A stretch of DNA of 64,000 bases. Source: the human T2T-CHM13v2.0 reference genome, Homo sapiens. The DNA lies in assembly GCF_009914755.1 (NCBI RefSeq), contig NC_060930.1; one strand, 5' to 3'. Positions 14,019 through 31,129 of this stretch are shown piece by piece. The notes beneath the pieces were generated by a model that was not told the origin of the DNA, did not search any database, and was given only the letters and a program-made list of their open reading frames with translations. The translations under genes were made by a program, and so were the position numbers. Numbering within the stretch: the stretch's first letter is position 1; each line of letters starts with the position of its first letter.

Positions 14019-16598
14019 TTTTCTTTTCTTTTTAAATTTTACTTTAAGTTCCAGGATACATGTGCAGGATGTGCAGGTTTGTTACAAGGTATACGTGTGC
14101 ATGGTGGTGTGCTGCATCTATTGACCTATCTTCTAAATTTCCTCCCCTCACCCCCATCCTGCAACAGGCCCTGGTGTGTGTTGTTCCCCTCCCCTGTGTC
14201 CCTGTGTTCTCACTGTTCAACTCCCATTTATAAATGAGAACATATGGTGTTTGGTTTTCTGTTCCTGTGTTAGTTTGCTGAGGATGATGGTTTCCAGCTT
14301 CATCCATGTCCCTGCAAAGGACATGATCTCATTCCTTTTTATGGCTGTATAATATTCCATGGTGTGTATGTACAATGTTTTCTTTATCCAGTCTATAATT
14401 GATGAACATTTGGGTTGGTTCCATGACTTGCTATTGTAAATACTGCTTCAATAAACATACCTGTGCATGTGTCTTAATAGTCGAATTATTTATATTCCTT
14501 TGAATATATTCCCCGTAATGGAATTGCTGGGACAAATGGTATTTCTGCTTCTAGATCCTTGAGGCAGCACTATACTCTCTCCCACATGGTTGAACTACTT
14601 TACATTCCCACCACAGTATAAAAGTGTTCCTATTTCTCCAAAGCCTTGCCAGCATCTATTGTACCTTGACTTTTTAATAATCACCTTTCTAACTGGTATG
14701 AGGTGGTATCTTATTGTGGTATTGATTTGCATTTCTCTAATGATCAGTGATGTTGAGATTTTTTTTCATATGTTTGTTGGCCACATAAATGTCTTTTTTG
14801 AGAAGTGTATGTTCATATCCATTGCCCACTTTTTGATGAGATTGTTTGTTTTTTTCTTGTAAGTTTGTGTAAGTTTCTTGTAAATCCTGGATATTAGATC
14901 TTTGTCAGATAGGTAGATTGCAAAAATTTTCTCCCATTCTGTAGGTTGCCTGTTCACTCTGATGATAGCTTCTTTTGCTCTGCAGAGGCTCTTTAATTAG
15001 ATCCTATTCATCAATTTTGGCTTTTGTTGTAATTGCTTTTGGCATTTTTGTCATAAATTCTTTGCAAATGCCTATGTCCTAAATGGTATTGCCTAGGTTT
15101 TCTTCTAAGGTCTTTATGGTTTTGGGTTTTACTTTTAAGTCTTTAATCTGTCTTGAGTGAATTTTTTGTATAAGATTTAAGAAAGGGGTCCAGTTTTAGT
15201 TTTCTGCATATAGCTAGCCAGTTTTCCCAGCATCATTTATTGAATAGAAGATCCTTTCCCCATTGCTTGTTTTGTCAGGTTTGTTGAAGATCAGATGGTT
15301 GTAGATATGTGGTGTTATTTCTGAGGCCTCTGTTCTGTTCCATTGGTCTATATGTCTGTTTTGGTACCAGTACCATGCTGTTTTGGTTACCATAGCCTTG
15401 TAGTATAGTTTGAAGTCAGGTAGCATGATGACTCCAGCTTTCTTCTTTCCTTTTAGGATTGCTTGGGCTATACGGGGTCTTCTTTGATTCCATATGAAAT
15501 TTAAAGTAGTTTTCCCTAATTCTCTGAAGAATGTCAATGGTAGTTTGATTGGAATAGTATTGGATCTATAAATTACTTTGGGCAGTGTGGCCATTTTTAT
15601 GATTATTGATTCTTCCCATCCGTGAGGATGGAATGGTTTTTCATATGTTTGTGTCCTCTCTTATTTCCTTGAGCACTGGTCTGTAATTCTCCTTGAAGAG
15701 GTCCTTCACATCCCTTGTAAGTTGGATTCCTAGGTATTTTATTCTCTTTGCAGCAGTTGTGAATGGGAGTTCATTCATGATTTGGCTCTCTGCTTGTCTA
15801 TTGTTGGTGTAAAAGAATGCTTGTGATTTTTGCACATTGATTTTGTATCCTAGACTTTGCTGAAGTTGCTTATCAGCTTAAGGAGTTTTTTGGCTGAGAC
15901 AATAGGGTTTTCTAAATGTAGAATCTCCGCAAACAGAGACAATTTGACTTCCTCTCTTCCTATTTCAATGTCCATTATTTATTTATCTTGCCTCATTGCC
16001 CTGGCCAGAACTTCTAATACTATGTTGAATAGGAGTGGTGAGAGAGGGCATCCTTGTCTTGTACTGGTTTTCAAAAGGAGTGCTTCCAGCTTTTGCTCAT
16101 TCAGTATGATATTGGCTGTGGCTTTGTCATAAATAGCTCTTATTATTTTGAGATATTTCCATCAATACCTAGTTTATTGAGAGTTTTTACATGAATGGAT
16201 GTTGAATTTTATCAAAGGCCTTTTCTGCATCTATTGAGATAATCATGTGGTTCTTGTCTTTGGTTCTGTTTACATGATGAATTACATTTATTGATTTGCA
16301 TATGTTAAACCAGCCTTGCATCCCAGGATGAAGCCGACTTGATAGTGGATAGTGGATGGTGGATAAATTTTTTGATGTGCTGCTGGATTTGGTTTGCCTT
16401 TTATTGAGGATTTCTGCATCAGTGTTCATCATGGACGTTGGTCTGAAGTTATGTTTCTTTGTTGTGTCTCTGCTAGGTTTTGGTGTTAGGATGATGCTGG
16501 CTTCACAAAATGAGTTAGGGAGGGGTCTCTCTTTTTCAATTGTTTGTAATATTTTCAGAAGGAATGGTACTAGCTCCTCTTTGTACCTCTGGTAGAAT
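14019..16598 (-). mobile_element. 5'-truncated L1PA (about PA8-PA11): 3'UTR plus RT/C-terminal ORF2, degraded
   Basis: T-rich tail at 14019 and L1 3'UTR; ORF2 fragments in the ORF track ([47 protein letters not shown]). Confidence 0.95.
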
Positions 16599-16950
16599 CT
16601 CATCTTGAATCATAGTTCCCATAATCCCCATGTGTCGTGGAAGAGACCTAGTGGGAAGTAATTGAATCATGAGGGCAGTTACCTCCATGCTGTTCTCATG
16701 ATAGAGACTGAGTTCTCAAGAGATCTGATGGTTTTATATGGGATTTTTTCCTTACTCCACTCATACTTCTCCTTCTTCTCCTTGCTGCCAACATGTGCAA
16801 AAGGATGTGTTTGCCTCATCTTCCACCATGACTGTAAGTTTCCTAGGGCCTCCCTGGCCATGCTGAACTGTAAGCCAATTAAGCCTCTTTCCTTTATAAA
16901 TTACAGTCATTAGTATGTCTTTATTAGCAGCATGATAGCAGAGGAATACA
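16596..16950 (+). mobile_element. THE1 (C/D-like) MaLR LTR lacking its first ~30 bp
   Basis: aatctcatcttgaat...taattgaatcatg...ctgtaagtttcct...aataca end; the 5' TG terminus is absent. Confidence 0.9.
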
Positions 16951-17188
16951 ATACTGTATCTCACATATAAGATATAATGTTAGATTCTGAAGGAAAGACA
17001 CCAATATTAGGACAAAATGGTAATTATTATAATGGCATTTATAATCTATATTATAAAACAGAATGATGAAATTCATACTCAAGTGAAGAATAAACAAGTT
17101 ACTGTCAGTAATCAGTAAAATGCAGTATAACTCTGCTCTTAGATATATGCAAGAATATAATGTAAGAGAAGGTGTAAAATTCAACTAA

Positions 17189-20944
<3,756 letters not shown>

Positions 20945-20974
20945 TTGGATTTTATTTTCTGAGTACTAATTAAG

Positions 20975-21240
20975 AGATTTTTTACAAAGGAGTAAAATAT
21001 ATCTGATCTACGTTTTACTAAGTTATACAAAGGCTAGTTTGGATGAGTAAGAAATTAGAGACACAGAGTCCCTTAGGAGACCATTTCAAAAGCCAGATAA
21101 GAAATGACAAAGATTTAACTAAGTAAATAGCAATGCAGAAGGAAATCAAGGAACAGTGATGAGGTGTATTGTAGATTAAAGGTCCACAGGATTTTTGCAG
21201 TGGATGAGTATAGTGTTCAGAATGAAGGGGTAGGAAGAGA
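20975..21240 (-). mobile_element. L2 fragment
   Basis: ttaggagaccatttcaaaagccagataagaaatgac...ccacaggattt...gtggatg resembles reverse-complement L2. Confidence 0.55.
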
Positions 21241-22560
21241 AAAATGAGCTGCAATAAATTCTGCAGCTGGTGGTATCTGAAAGTCTTGAGTGACCTCATT
21301 ATAATTGATTTAGAACATTGTCTGTTATCAGAGAACTATTATAACCATAGTAACCATGTTTATTTAGTATTAAAATGCATTTATATCACACCTGATTCCA
21401 AAGGTTGTTTAAGAACTCATAGTAATAATGGGTTTTATTTTCAAAAAGGAAGTAGATTATTTTATTCTTGTCAGAAAGGCCAGGCTAAATTTATTTATCA
21501 CTTTCTTCTTGAGGAAATTGCATTTTCTTCTTGCTTCTTTTTCTCACACCAGTTGTTTAGCAGTCAAAACCTGACATTCAATAATCTGAAAACTACCAAA
21601 ATTCAGCAGAGAGAATACAGAAAAGAAGTTAGGAAGGGGACTAAAGTCAAGTGCTTTTGGTCAAATAATAGAGAAGGGAATCAAAGAAGAGATACAAGTG
21701 TTCTCTAATGTGATTTTTATAAAACTCAGGGTTATGTAATTTTTGTAATTTTTAGATTATCCACATGATCTCTCTAGGTGGCCTACAAACAGATGAAGGC
21801 TTACCTTAAAAACAACTCTTCCTAAGAAGTAGAATGTGGCCCTCAATTCCTTGATTTATCTGTTTTAATTTTAATCTAAATGTATGTGTAATAATTGGTA
21901 ATTATTTAACCATTGGAGTCAGAGCTATGATGTAAGCCAAATGATATTTTTCCTAAAATAATTTGTTTTGATTACAATAGGTCAGCATATTCTAGGTGTG
22001 TTACACTGCCAAAAAACCTCTTTATTGTCTACTTATTTTGACTTCACATTTTTTATTGTTATTATTATACTACAACATAGTATGCTATTTTACTATACAT
22101 ACACCAATTGATCAATCTATCTAGATCTGTCTGTCTATATCTTTATCTCCTAAATAGAGAATGAACTCTTAAAAATAACTTTCTTAGAAGACTTTCACTT
22201 CAGTACACTTTCTTCCTGGTTATAGATAGTTTGCTAATTTAACTCTCATGGTTTTATACATATTAAAAGCCCACAAATGCAAAATGACAAGGGGCATTAA
22301 CCAAGAAATAATGTTTGATGTGTACCTCAATGTATAAGTTAAAATGTGAAATCAAAGAATAGTGCCTCTAGAATTTGTCCAGACATCTCCCCTTACCCAC
22401 TCCACCACCACTGCCAAAGACACAAATAAGAACAAAGATAAGGACTCCAGTGCTACAAGGAAATGAAAGCTTTTGAGCAAGGTGCATGACTCTTCCTCCA
22501 AGAATCCTTCTATGTGCTATTGATGTACAATTTGCTACTGCAAAATTCCTACTAATTAAC

Positions 22561-22987
22561 TGTAATAGATGCTGAGGTGCACCCCGTATCCCTTCACAAT
22601 CTAAATACTCATTTCCCACTTCCGGGAGTGAGGCTGTGCCAGTTACGGCTGAGTCTCTTGCCAGAAATGGCTCTTGGCCAAACAGAGCTGCCTCAGGCAA
22701 GGTTGTACCTGCTCCCTGGGGGCAGCCCGCATTCAACAACAGAGCCTTTTGGGAACTACAATTCATAGCTCCATTGTTTCAATTTGGTCAGTCTCTTCAG
22801 GGTTATCCTAACTTCAGAGTGAGCCAAGGGATTTGCTGAGGCCTCTTTTGAAAATGCATCTCAGTCTACCTTTTCCTTCCAGTAGATCAATCATGTTTCT
22901 CTCACTCTCTCTCAAGGGTTGTGTTTCAGAGACCTTCACAATAAAACTCTCATTTACAAATCTTCATCTCATATTTGGCCTGTGACA
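22561..22987 (+). mobile_element. ERVL solo LTR, LTR16A-like
   Basis: tgtaatagatgctg start; gctgaggcctct...aataaa...aatcttcatctca...cctgtgaca end; TSD ttaac/gtaac (4/5). Confidence 0.75.
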
Positions 22988-25900
22988 GTAACTTTTTTTT
23001 GTTTTTAGGGAAAAATATTATTTTTCTATTATGTGTTCTGTTCTTCCAGGTGTGATTGGAACAAAACGTAAGGAGGAAGCTACCCTGTGAAGAGAGAGTG
23101 GGAAATGCAAAGGTTATGTTATTTTGAAAACATATTTTGACTATGTATCTGAGATTACCGTGTGACTGGGAGAAATATTTACAAATTACACGCACCTGGC
23201 CTTATAGCAAACTCAATAGGAGTCATTATTAGTATACTCAGTCTCAGAATCTCAACCTATTACTTAACTGGCTGGACCACAGTTTCTCTCCAGATCTCTT
23301 ATGGCAATTAAGTTAACTGGGGGTAAGAATGGTACAAAATTTATGCCTCTATTAGTTTTATCTAAGTATAGCCTGTGCTCAGGTTCCTAAGTCTCTGATG
23401 GTGTATATGATTAAAATATATTTATATGAAGAATGAGAAACAAACAAAAATACTTCTTAAATTTAAAAAGTACTAAATGAATTTCTAATCTTACTGGTGC
23501 TCTTGTTTTATGTTTAAAATTTTGTCACCATAGTATATTTTCTTTTATTGTTGTTGGTGTTAAAAAGTTATTATATTTACTATATAAACCTTCAACTCCA
23601 GAACTTAGAGTACCAGTGTGAAAACTGCAGTAGAATTGGTGTATGAGGTCAACATTTGAGCTTTCAAAAACTATTTCTTATTGTTTCTGTGAACAGCTAT
23701 GACTGACCAAAAAGTCCATATGCACATGACTCTGCACACACAAAAATAGATTTTTCTTTACAATACCTTTCCCAAATAAGGAAAAACGGTTAATTAAGGG
23801 TCGACTATTCACTGGAGAAGAGTATTTGTAGAAATTGTGAGGATTTTATCTATAAGTAGAATTTATAGAAAATAATTTGCAGTCTAAAAAGTTTCATTGG
23901 AGTATTGTTTTTATTCTTCTTTGCAAAAACTCATAAAATACATAAAATGATTCAAACTTAGGGATAATATTGTGTGTGTATTTTAAATTTTTGTAAATGA
24001 CAGTCACCATTAAGCTATCTTAAAGCATCCCACATAGGGGTGGGGGTGTGGGAAAAGAGAAATATAATGGTAATATTTTTGTTCTCAGCCCCACTAAAAA
24101 AGCATTCCTAAGATCCCACATTTTTATTCTAATCATTTACAATAAAATTATAAAATTTTTATTTGTTGAAAATATATGTTCCAAGAGGAGCATTTAAATA
24201 GAGACAGTGTGAAAACGAAAAATAAATCAGTAACTCTAAATTGAGATTCCTTTATGATGTAAAATGTAGAGATGAGGTTGTTCATGTTCAGTTAAGCAAA
24301 GACAATGAGTGCAATCAGCGACATGCGCTGTTGTACCGAGCTACCTCTCAAAATAAACTAGAAGCATTTTTTTCCGTGTGTAATTACTGCAGATGATTAA
24401 GTTACATTCAAAGATTCTTCCTGGGTTTTATGTGGTTTTCAGTAAATAGTAGCCACTCTAAAATTTAAATAAAATTATACATAATTGAGCCTTTCTTAAA
24501 TAGTAAAATAATAATGCACTGAATTTCCATTTTCACAAAAGTTGAGGATTAGACATAGAATACATCTGGAAATCCTGTTCACTCAGTATTTATGACTAAT
24601 TTGAATAGTTAATTTTAAAGACAAAATGGAACAAGAAGTCACAGTTATATGTATATAAACTAACGGATCACCAAGGAACAGAAAAGAACAAGAATCCCAG
24701 GTAGTATGGGAGGAAAATGTTAATTAAGTGGCTGTTCCAGCAATACTTGCTACTTTGCTCTCTCGCACCTCATTATTTTCATAGGGACAATTTTCTTTTA
24801 AAGCACATGCACATGCAAATGCAACTGGAGAGAGATATTATTTTATGTTTGTCATCTGCACTGTATTTTGACATTTTTCGTTGCTTGTCCTCATGAGAAG
24901 AGAAAGTCCAGTGGAGTAGAAACAGCAGCAATCTGGAAATAGAATTTTTGAGTTTGAATGATGACTGCTTCTTGAAAGTATATTCTTGGGAAAGACATTA
25001 ATATAGATGTCTCTTTGCTAATCTGAAAGGAGACTAGGCTATTTCTAATACCTCTACTAATTGTACAAATTCTTTGAGATTATAGTCATTTTCTCTGGAG
25101 AATTTAAAGCAAAGGGAAAACAACTGGCTTGTGGAAGGTTTTTAATGCAGGACTTGAGGGTGGGATTGCTCTGCAGCATCAAGTGATGCCTATTTGCAGA
25201 GCATGTTTAAAGGCCCTTTGGAAGGAGAGAAAGTGAATTATAACCTGGAGGCAGCAAGGTTTCCTAACCAGTGGTTAGAGAGTATCTAGAAGTTTTTGAA
25301 GATGCTCTTGAGAGATTCTTTTGTTAAACATTCTGCAATTGCAACTTCTATTTTAAAAAAGAGGCGAACTAAAAGATGATTCCAAACACTAAATTCCTTT
25401 GAATTGGAACCATATAAGATACCTAGGAGTGAACAACAAATAGAAGCACAATTCATGACCTCGTCAATCAGCTTATCATTCAACCAAGCATTTTTAACCA
25501 ATGTGAGGATTTTGGCTATTGTATATTACTTTTAAATTGTTTTTATTGTTAGTCGTAAACTAAATAATTAATAGCAAGAGTGGACCATTTGTTAAGGGTT
25601 TTTATTGAATATAATTAGGAGTATAAGAGTGACACTCATTCTGAAAACTCCATTTATGATTTCAGCATATCAATGTGTTGTACATTTTACTAAAATTCTT
25701 TTACAGCACATTAGGGTATTCCTAATATTTAAACAAATAAAAAATTGTTAATATAAGAACATATAGTTATGATTATACAAATTCAGAATAAAGATTATTC
25801 AGAAATCCCTCAATTCATTATTTGAGGAGGAGCACTTTTAATTATCATGTTGAATCTTTCTTATGTAAGTCATAGTTTAGAAACAAAACCTGAAAATTAT

Positions 25901-26124
25901 GAAAAGAATTTAGGTGACTTTGAAACCACAGAATACAAGAATTTCAGACAACCTATAGAGAAAATGGTTGTCTATTTTTGGTATCACCACATAATATACA
26001 TTTTAATGTTTTTGGCTAAAAATCCTAATACTTCATACTGTGTTATTTCTTGACAATTTACTATGTATTAAATACATAATGTGAGCAGTAACAGCATTCA
26101 TCACTTTTAATTTGAAAAACTCAA

Positions 26125-26338
26125 TTTGTCAAAATCTGAGCTATTCACATGTAGCCATTTAAAATAAATGTTAAATGAATTAAACTTAAACAAACTTAAA
26201 AATTCAACTGATCAGTTTTATTAACCACATATCAATTGTTCAATAGCTACATGTCTAGTTGCTACCATATTGATTAGCACAGAATAAAACATTTTCATTA
26301 TTCCCATTACTGCATAAGGTTCTAGTAGATCTTACTGG
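26125..26338 (-). mobile_element. MER3 (hAT-Charlie) MITE
   Basis: aaaaattcaactg...tcaatagctacatgtctagttgctaccatattgattagcacag...gttcta. Confidence 0.75.
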
Positions 26339-27429
26339 TTTCAATATAAAATTTAACATTAATTTGGTCTTAATATAATACTAATATATATTATGTTATA
26401 CATACTATACATTTTATGCAAAATTATATCTATATTATTTATATATGCTCAAAACTAGTTTATTGTCTTGCAGGCAAACATGACATAAAAACTTTCTAAG
26501 AACTAGACCAGTTATTTAGCGTTCTCATATTTTGTTACAAAATGAGACTTAATAATCTAAATGAGCAGGTAGTGAATTAGAATTCAGGTAATGTTACACA
26601 GATCAGTTATGTCAGCTCTGTTTTTGGCAAGAGTTGTATAGCAGTTTAGCAGAGCATATGGAGTAGGTCTTGCCTGTAGTATTGCACTTATGTTTTTAGG
26701 TAACTGGTATGCATATGGAAAAATCAAGCTCTGTTATGAAGGATAAAGAGACTGACTTGTATTCTCCATGGAGGGCTATAGAATAGTTTGCATGGATGAG
26801 GGATGTACAACAGTCTAAAAACAAAACCAACAATATTCATATAACATACTGCTAACTGTGTGTACTGTTTTGAAATATACTTAATAGAAGGACCAAGAAT
26901 TTGAAAAGTTTGAGGAAAGCAACAATCACTTATACATAACTACTATAAAATCTTTAGCTTGACTTCTGAAAATCTTATACCTTTGAAGAAGGTTGCATTC
27001 TGATTGGTCTCCTAGGTTAAATATTCTTCAAAACTTATTTCCAGATAAATAAATGAGTTAAACTCCTGAGCTGTGATTTTGTACTGAGGGGTGATGATTT
27101 TGATCATTTTGACAAATTCAATGTAGAACTTATGTATGACAACACTGGCCAAAAGGTTGACAGAAAAGCAGAAGATGTTAACAGTTCTCTTTGTTGTGGC
27201 AACATATAGAGAAATTAACTAAGAATACTAATAGACTGGTTAGGGCATGACATTATTTTATATTACTTTAAAATATATTAAAATTTAAAGTAGAATTGTA
27301 GCAATTCTACTTCTATCTACTCAGAGACTTCTAGTGGTAATGCTTAAAGGGTATGCACATGCATGAAAGCCCTGGGATCTACATAAAGTCCATGCATCTC
27401 ATCTTGAGGTAAGAGATGCTTAGCATGGA

Positions 27430-27587
27430 TTTTATATTAGCATTACTTGTGGAGCTTCTAAAACTGCTGTTGCCCAGGACTCACCTAATATGTAAAATTA
27501 GATCCTCTAGAGATAAAGCCCATAAAATGGTATGTTTACAAAGCACCCAGGAGATTCTAATGGGCAGCTAGTTTTGAGAACCTCTGA
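27430..27587. mobile_element. MER5 (hAT-Charlie) MITE
   Basis: attacttgtggagcttctaaaa...tttacaaagcacccaggagattctaatgggcagctagttttgagaacctctg. Confidence 0.7.
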
Positions 27588-28314
27588 CTTACAGATCTTA
27601 AAATTTTCTTTTTAGTTTTCTATTTTTTTATTAGATACCACACCTTATTTATCAAAACAGAAAGTTTAACTTTTTAAAATAACGTTAATGTTGCATCTAG
27701 TTAATAGTAAATATACTTTAAAAATAAAGTATTAATATATATTATTTTGAAAACAATGTAAAAGTAATCTAACATTTAAATTCAATAAGAAGCATTTTTT
27801 TAGATTAAGTTATCTGATTTTTCATAGCAATTAATAATAGCTTATGAGCTTCAGCACATCGGGAACTTCAGAAAGTCGCTGCATTCTTGATTTCATGCCG
27901 TGACTTTCAGAGCTTCACCTTACCCTTAAGCTTGGAATCACAGCTTTAATTTGTCTTTTAACTAATTGATACTTAAGCCATTTGAATTGAGTTATTCTCA
28001 CTCAATTATAATTCAGGTAATGAGACTGTCAACTTCACAATCCTCTTTCTTTTGTACTGTTTTCTCAGCATTCCATCAAACTTGAAAGACTACAAGAAGT
28101 AACTGTCTTTAGCTTCCTGGTTCTTCTAGGGGGTTATTGAATCACAAGTTTTAGGTAGAAATAGAACTGGGTCTAGACCCAATCCTCTGTTCTTCTCTAA
28201 GTCATGCCTGGGACTTAATTTCAGTCAGGTGTACAACCTGTTTATCTATTTAATTAACACATGGTTAAAAGGTGCCATCCTTAACTGAAATTTACATGGT
28301 TTAATCCTTTGTGG

Positions 28315-28517
28315 TTTATACACTGCTTTTTACATGAATTTTCATTTAATTACCATGACAACCCTAGAAGTTAGGTACTATTTTTCTCATTTTTCAGATA
28401 AAGAGTGGAGCTTAGAGGGATTAAATTTCTTGTCTACATTCTCACAGTTAATAAATGGTGGTACTGGGACTTGGATTTGGTATTCTGAACCTAAACCCAA
28501 TGATTTTTCTACTATGT
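28315..28517 (-). mobile_element. MIR SINE
   Basis: acaaccctagaagttaggtacta...cattttTcagataaag...ctcacagttaataaatggtggtactgggactt. Confidence 0.75.
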
Positions 28518-29194
28518 AATGTGATTTTTTTTATGTTAACAGATGATATATTTTACAACTTCTGATTTTTCATGATCAGAAAATAGAAGTAATTCACTGT
28601 ATATTTAATTATATAATAGCATATTTTTCCCATTGTAAGGGAACCTACATTTTTTTCCCCTATCTCTCAATAAGAATTCTATTGTATCTCTTGTATTTAT
28701 GGCACAGACAGGTAACTTTTATATGTTGAATACCCAAATATGTAAGGCACAATACAGAGAACAAATTAGGATTTGAATTTGGAATCTAAGTACCCATAAA
28801 ATTCACCTTGGAGATTAACAGAAGTAAAGCAGCTTGAGAATTTCCAAGTTTAAGCCTATTTGCTAGATCCATTATTACTGACTTCAAAAGAGTATCAACT
28901 GACTGGGAAGATTTTCTGTATCATGGAGGCAGTTTTCCTTGAAGCTGTTCATGTGTGATTTCTTCAGAGAATTCTCATTTGGTAATGGGAGAAGTATGTA
29001 TGACAAAGTTTTCTGATTTATGTTTGGAAGAGCTTGCAGATTGGTAATCAGATGATGAATTTATTCACACAAATCCTAACGATCCCAAATATTTCTTGTA
29101 TGATTTTTCCTCATCATTATTACTGAATTTGAAGTGTGTTCTGCTTTGTCTATTAAGCTTTAGATTTGTATTTCTAATTATATGCTGACTACTG

Positions 29195-30030
29195 AGAATC
29201 TCACAAGCATCACAAAATCAGCATGTCTCAGACTAAAGTATTCTTCTGTCCCTCACTTATCCACCATTCACTGAAAACGAAGATTATACCTGTACTTGAA
29301 TTCCTTTTCTTGGTGAATTGCATCGTTATTCACAAGTGACCACCCAAACTATGCACCTACTTGTATTCCTTAATTTTGTCAATATTTTTACCTTTAAATC
29401 TTTTGATTGTCACTTCTTAAGTCTTAACATACCCATCATCTACATCTCTCTTAAAAATTATCTTGTCCATCTTTCTATAACTCTGCCACTTTCTGGGCTC
29501 AGGAGTGCCCCTTCTTTCAACCAAATAAAAAATTGCATCATCTTCCTTATTATTCTGTCTGCAGGTCCTTCTCATTTTAATCGCAGACACTATACTAGAA
29601 AAGTCCCTTCCTTTCTTATATCCATAAAATATTTCTCACACTTTTAGGATTAAATTCAACATACAATTCCCTAACTATGCATCTAACTGAGCTGCTTTTA
29701 TTTCTCTCATTACACAAATTCCATCATCTTGCTATGGACATTTTCTTTTCATCCCTTTCTCTGATGGCTCATGCTGCTTGTCATAAATGGCACCTCTCCA
29801 GTGGGGCCATCCCTGACCACTAGCACTCAAATAGTCCCCAGTCATGTTCTATCATGTTCTCTTGTTTTAATTACATGCACAGAACTCATAACTAATATTT
29901 TTCCCTTTGTTCAGTATTTGTCCCTTACTGGAACCAAAACTCTAGACCTTATGTGCCTTGTTTACCATTCTATTTCCAGAGCACAGATCACTGTTCGAAA
30001 CATAATAAATGTCAGTGTTCGTTGTGAATT
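29195..30030 (+). mobile_element. L2 (L2a-like) 3' region
   Basis: caagcatcacaaaatcagcatgtc...ccctgaccac...ttgtttaccattctatttccagagcac...ataaatg. Confidence 0.7.
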
Positions 30031-30772
30031 TTTTTTTCTGCTGGGAACAGTCTTTACTTCTCTTTCCTTTGGAGACTTCTTCCTGATCCTTTAGAACATA
30101 TTCCAAATGTTACCTTTTTTTTTTTTTTTTTTGACAACCTTGGTGGGCAGTGTTAATTGGTCCTTCCCTTTTGCTCTCTGAGCCCTGGTGCATTTCTTTA
30201 TTATAACTTTTATCAATGTCTACTGCATTGAGTGTCTATTTTACCCAGTGGACTCTGAACTTTTTGAGATTCCAAGTTATGAGTTGTCCGTAGTGTCTGT
30301 TGCTGTGTATTTTAGTAAGTTCTCATGAGGGATGCCAGTATGTTGAGGAAATAATGTTTATGTTATAGCTCACTGAGACTGCATGGATCTTTTTTATAAT
30401 GATAATTTTATTTCAATAATACATTTCTTAATTTTGTTAATTGTTATGCAATATCTATAGAAAATGTAAAAGACAGCTATTGAATATCAGAATAAAGTTT
30501 GCTGCTCTTTCAAAAGAGAGAAAAGGTTAAAAAGAACACAGATAAGCTACAGATACAGTAGTATGATACCCATTCAAATCCACAGAAAGTTTTTTTAAAA
30601 ATTACTGAAGTAATGAAGTAACCTTAATTCATGCTTCCAGAAAACAACTCTTTGTCATGTGCATTCTTACAGGTTATAGATTCATAAATTCTTAAATAAA
30701 TATATTTAAATACATAGAAATTTTGGAATTCACAGGACTTAACATTTATTGGTAACTCTGAACCTAGGTTCA

Positions 30773-31085
30773 GGCCAAGTACAGTGACTCACATCTGTAA
30801 TACCAGCACTTAGGGAGGCCAAGGCAGATGGACTGCTTGAGCACAGTAGTTCAAGACCAGCCTGGGCAACATGGTGAAACTCCATCTCTACCCCACAACA
30901 AAATACAAAAATTTGCTGGGTGTGATGATACATGCCTGTAGTCCTGTCTACTCAGGAGGCTGAAGTGGGAGAATTGCTTGAGCCCGGGAGTTCAAAGTGA
31001 GCCGTGAGCTATGATTGTGCCATTGTACTCCAGCCTGGGTGACAGAGTGAGACCCTGTCTCAAAAAATAAAAACCAAAACAAAAA
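30773..31085 (+). mobile_element. AluJ
   Basis: J-type features (gcttgagcccgggag, gagctatgattgtg, gagaccctgtctc); perfect TSD aacctaggttca at 30761-30772 and 31086-31097. Confidence 0.93.
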
Positions 31086-31129
31086 AACCTAGGTTCAAAA
31101 AAAAAAAAAAAAAGACCGGAGCAGATGAG

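Noticed and set aside
21244-21708. 154-aa ORF in unique sequence
   Set aside because: No recognisable domain; composition reflects AT-rich DNA; no convincing splice or promoter context
22751-22768. ZNF143-associated ACTACAATTC motif
   Set aside because: Lacks the TCCCA continuation and lies in an old LTR with no promoter context
22368-22839. Overlapping ORFs of 63-132 aa
   Set aside because: Fall largely within the GC-richer LTR16-like element; chance open frames
27850-27870. REST/RE1-like ttcagcacatcgggaac
   Set aside because: Only the left half-site matches; the GGACAG half is absent
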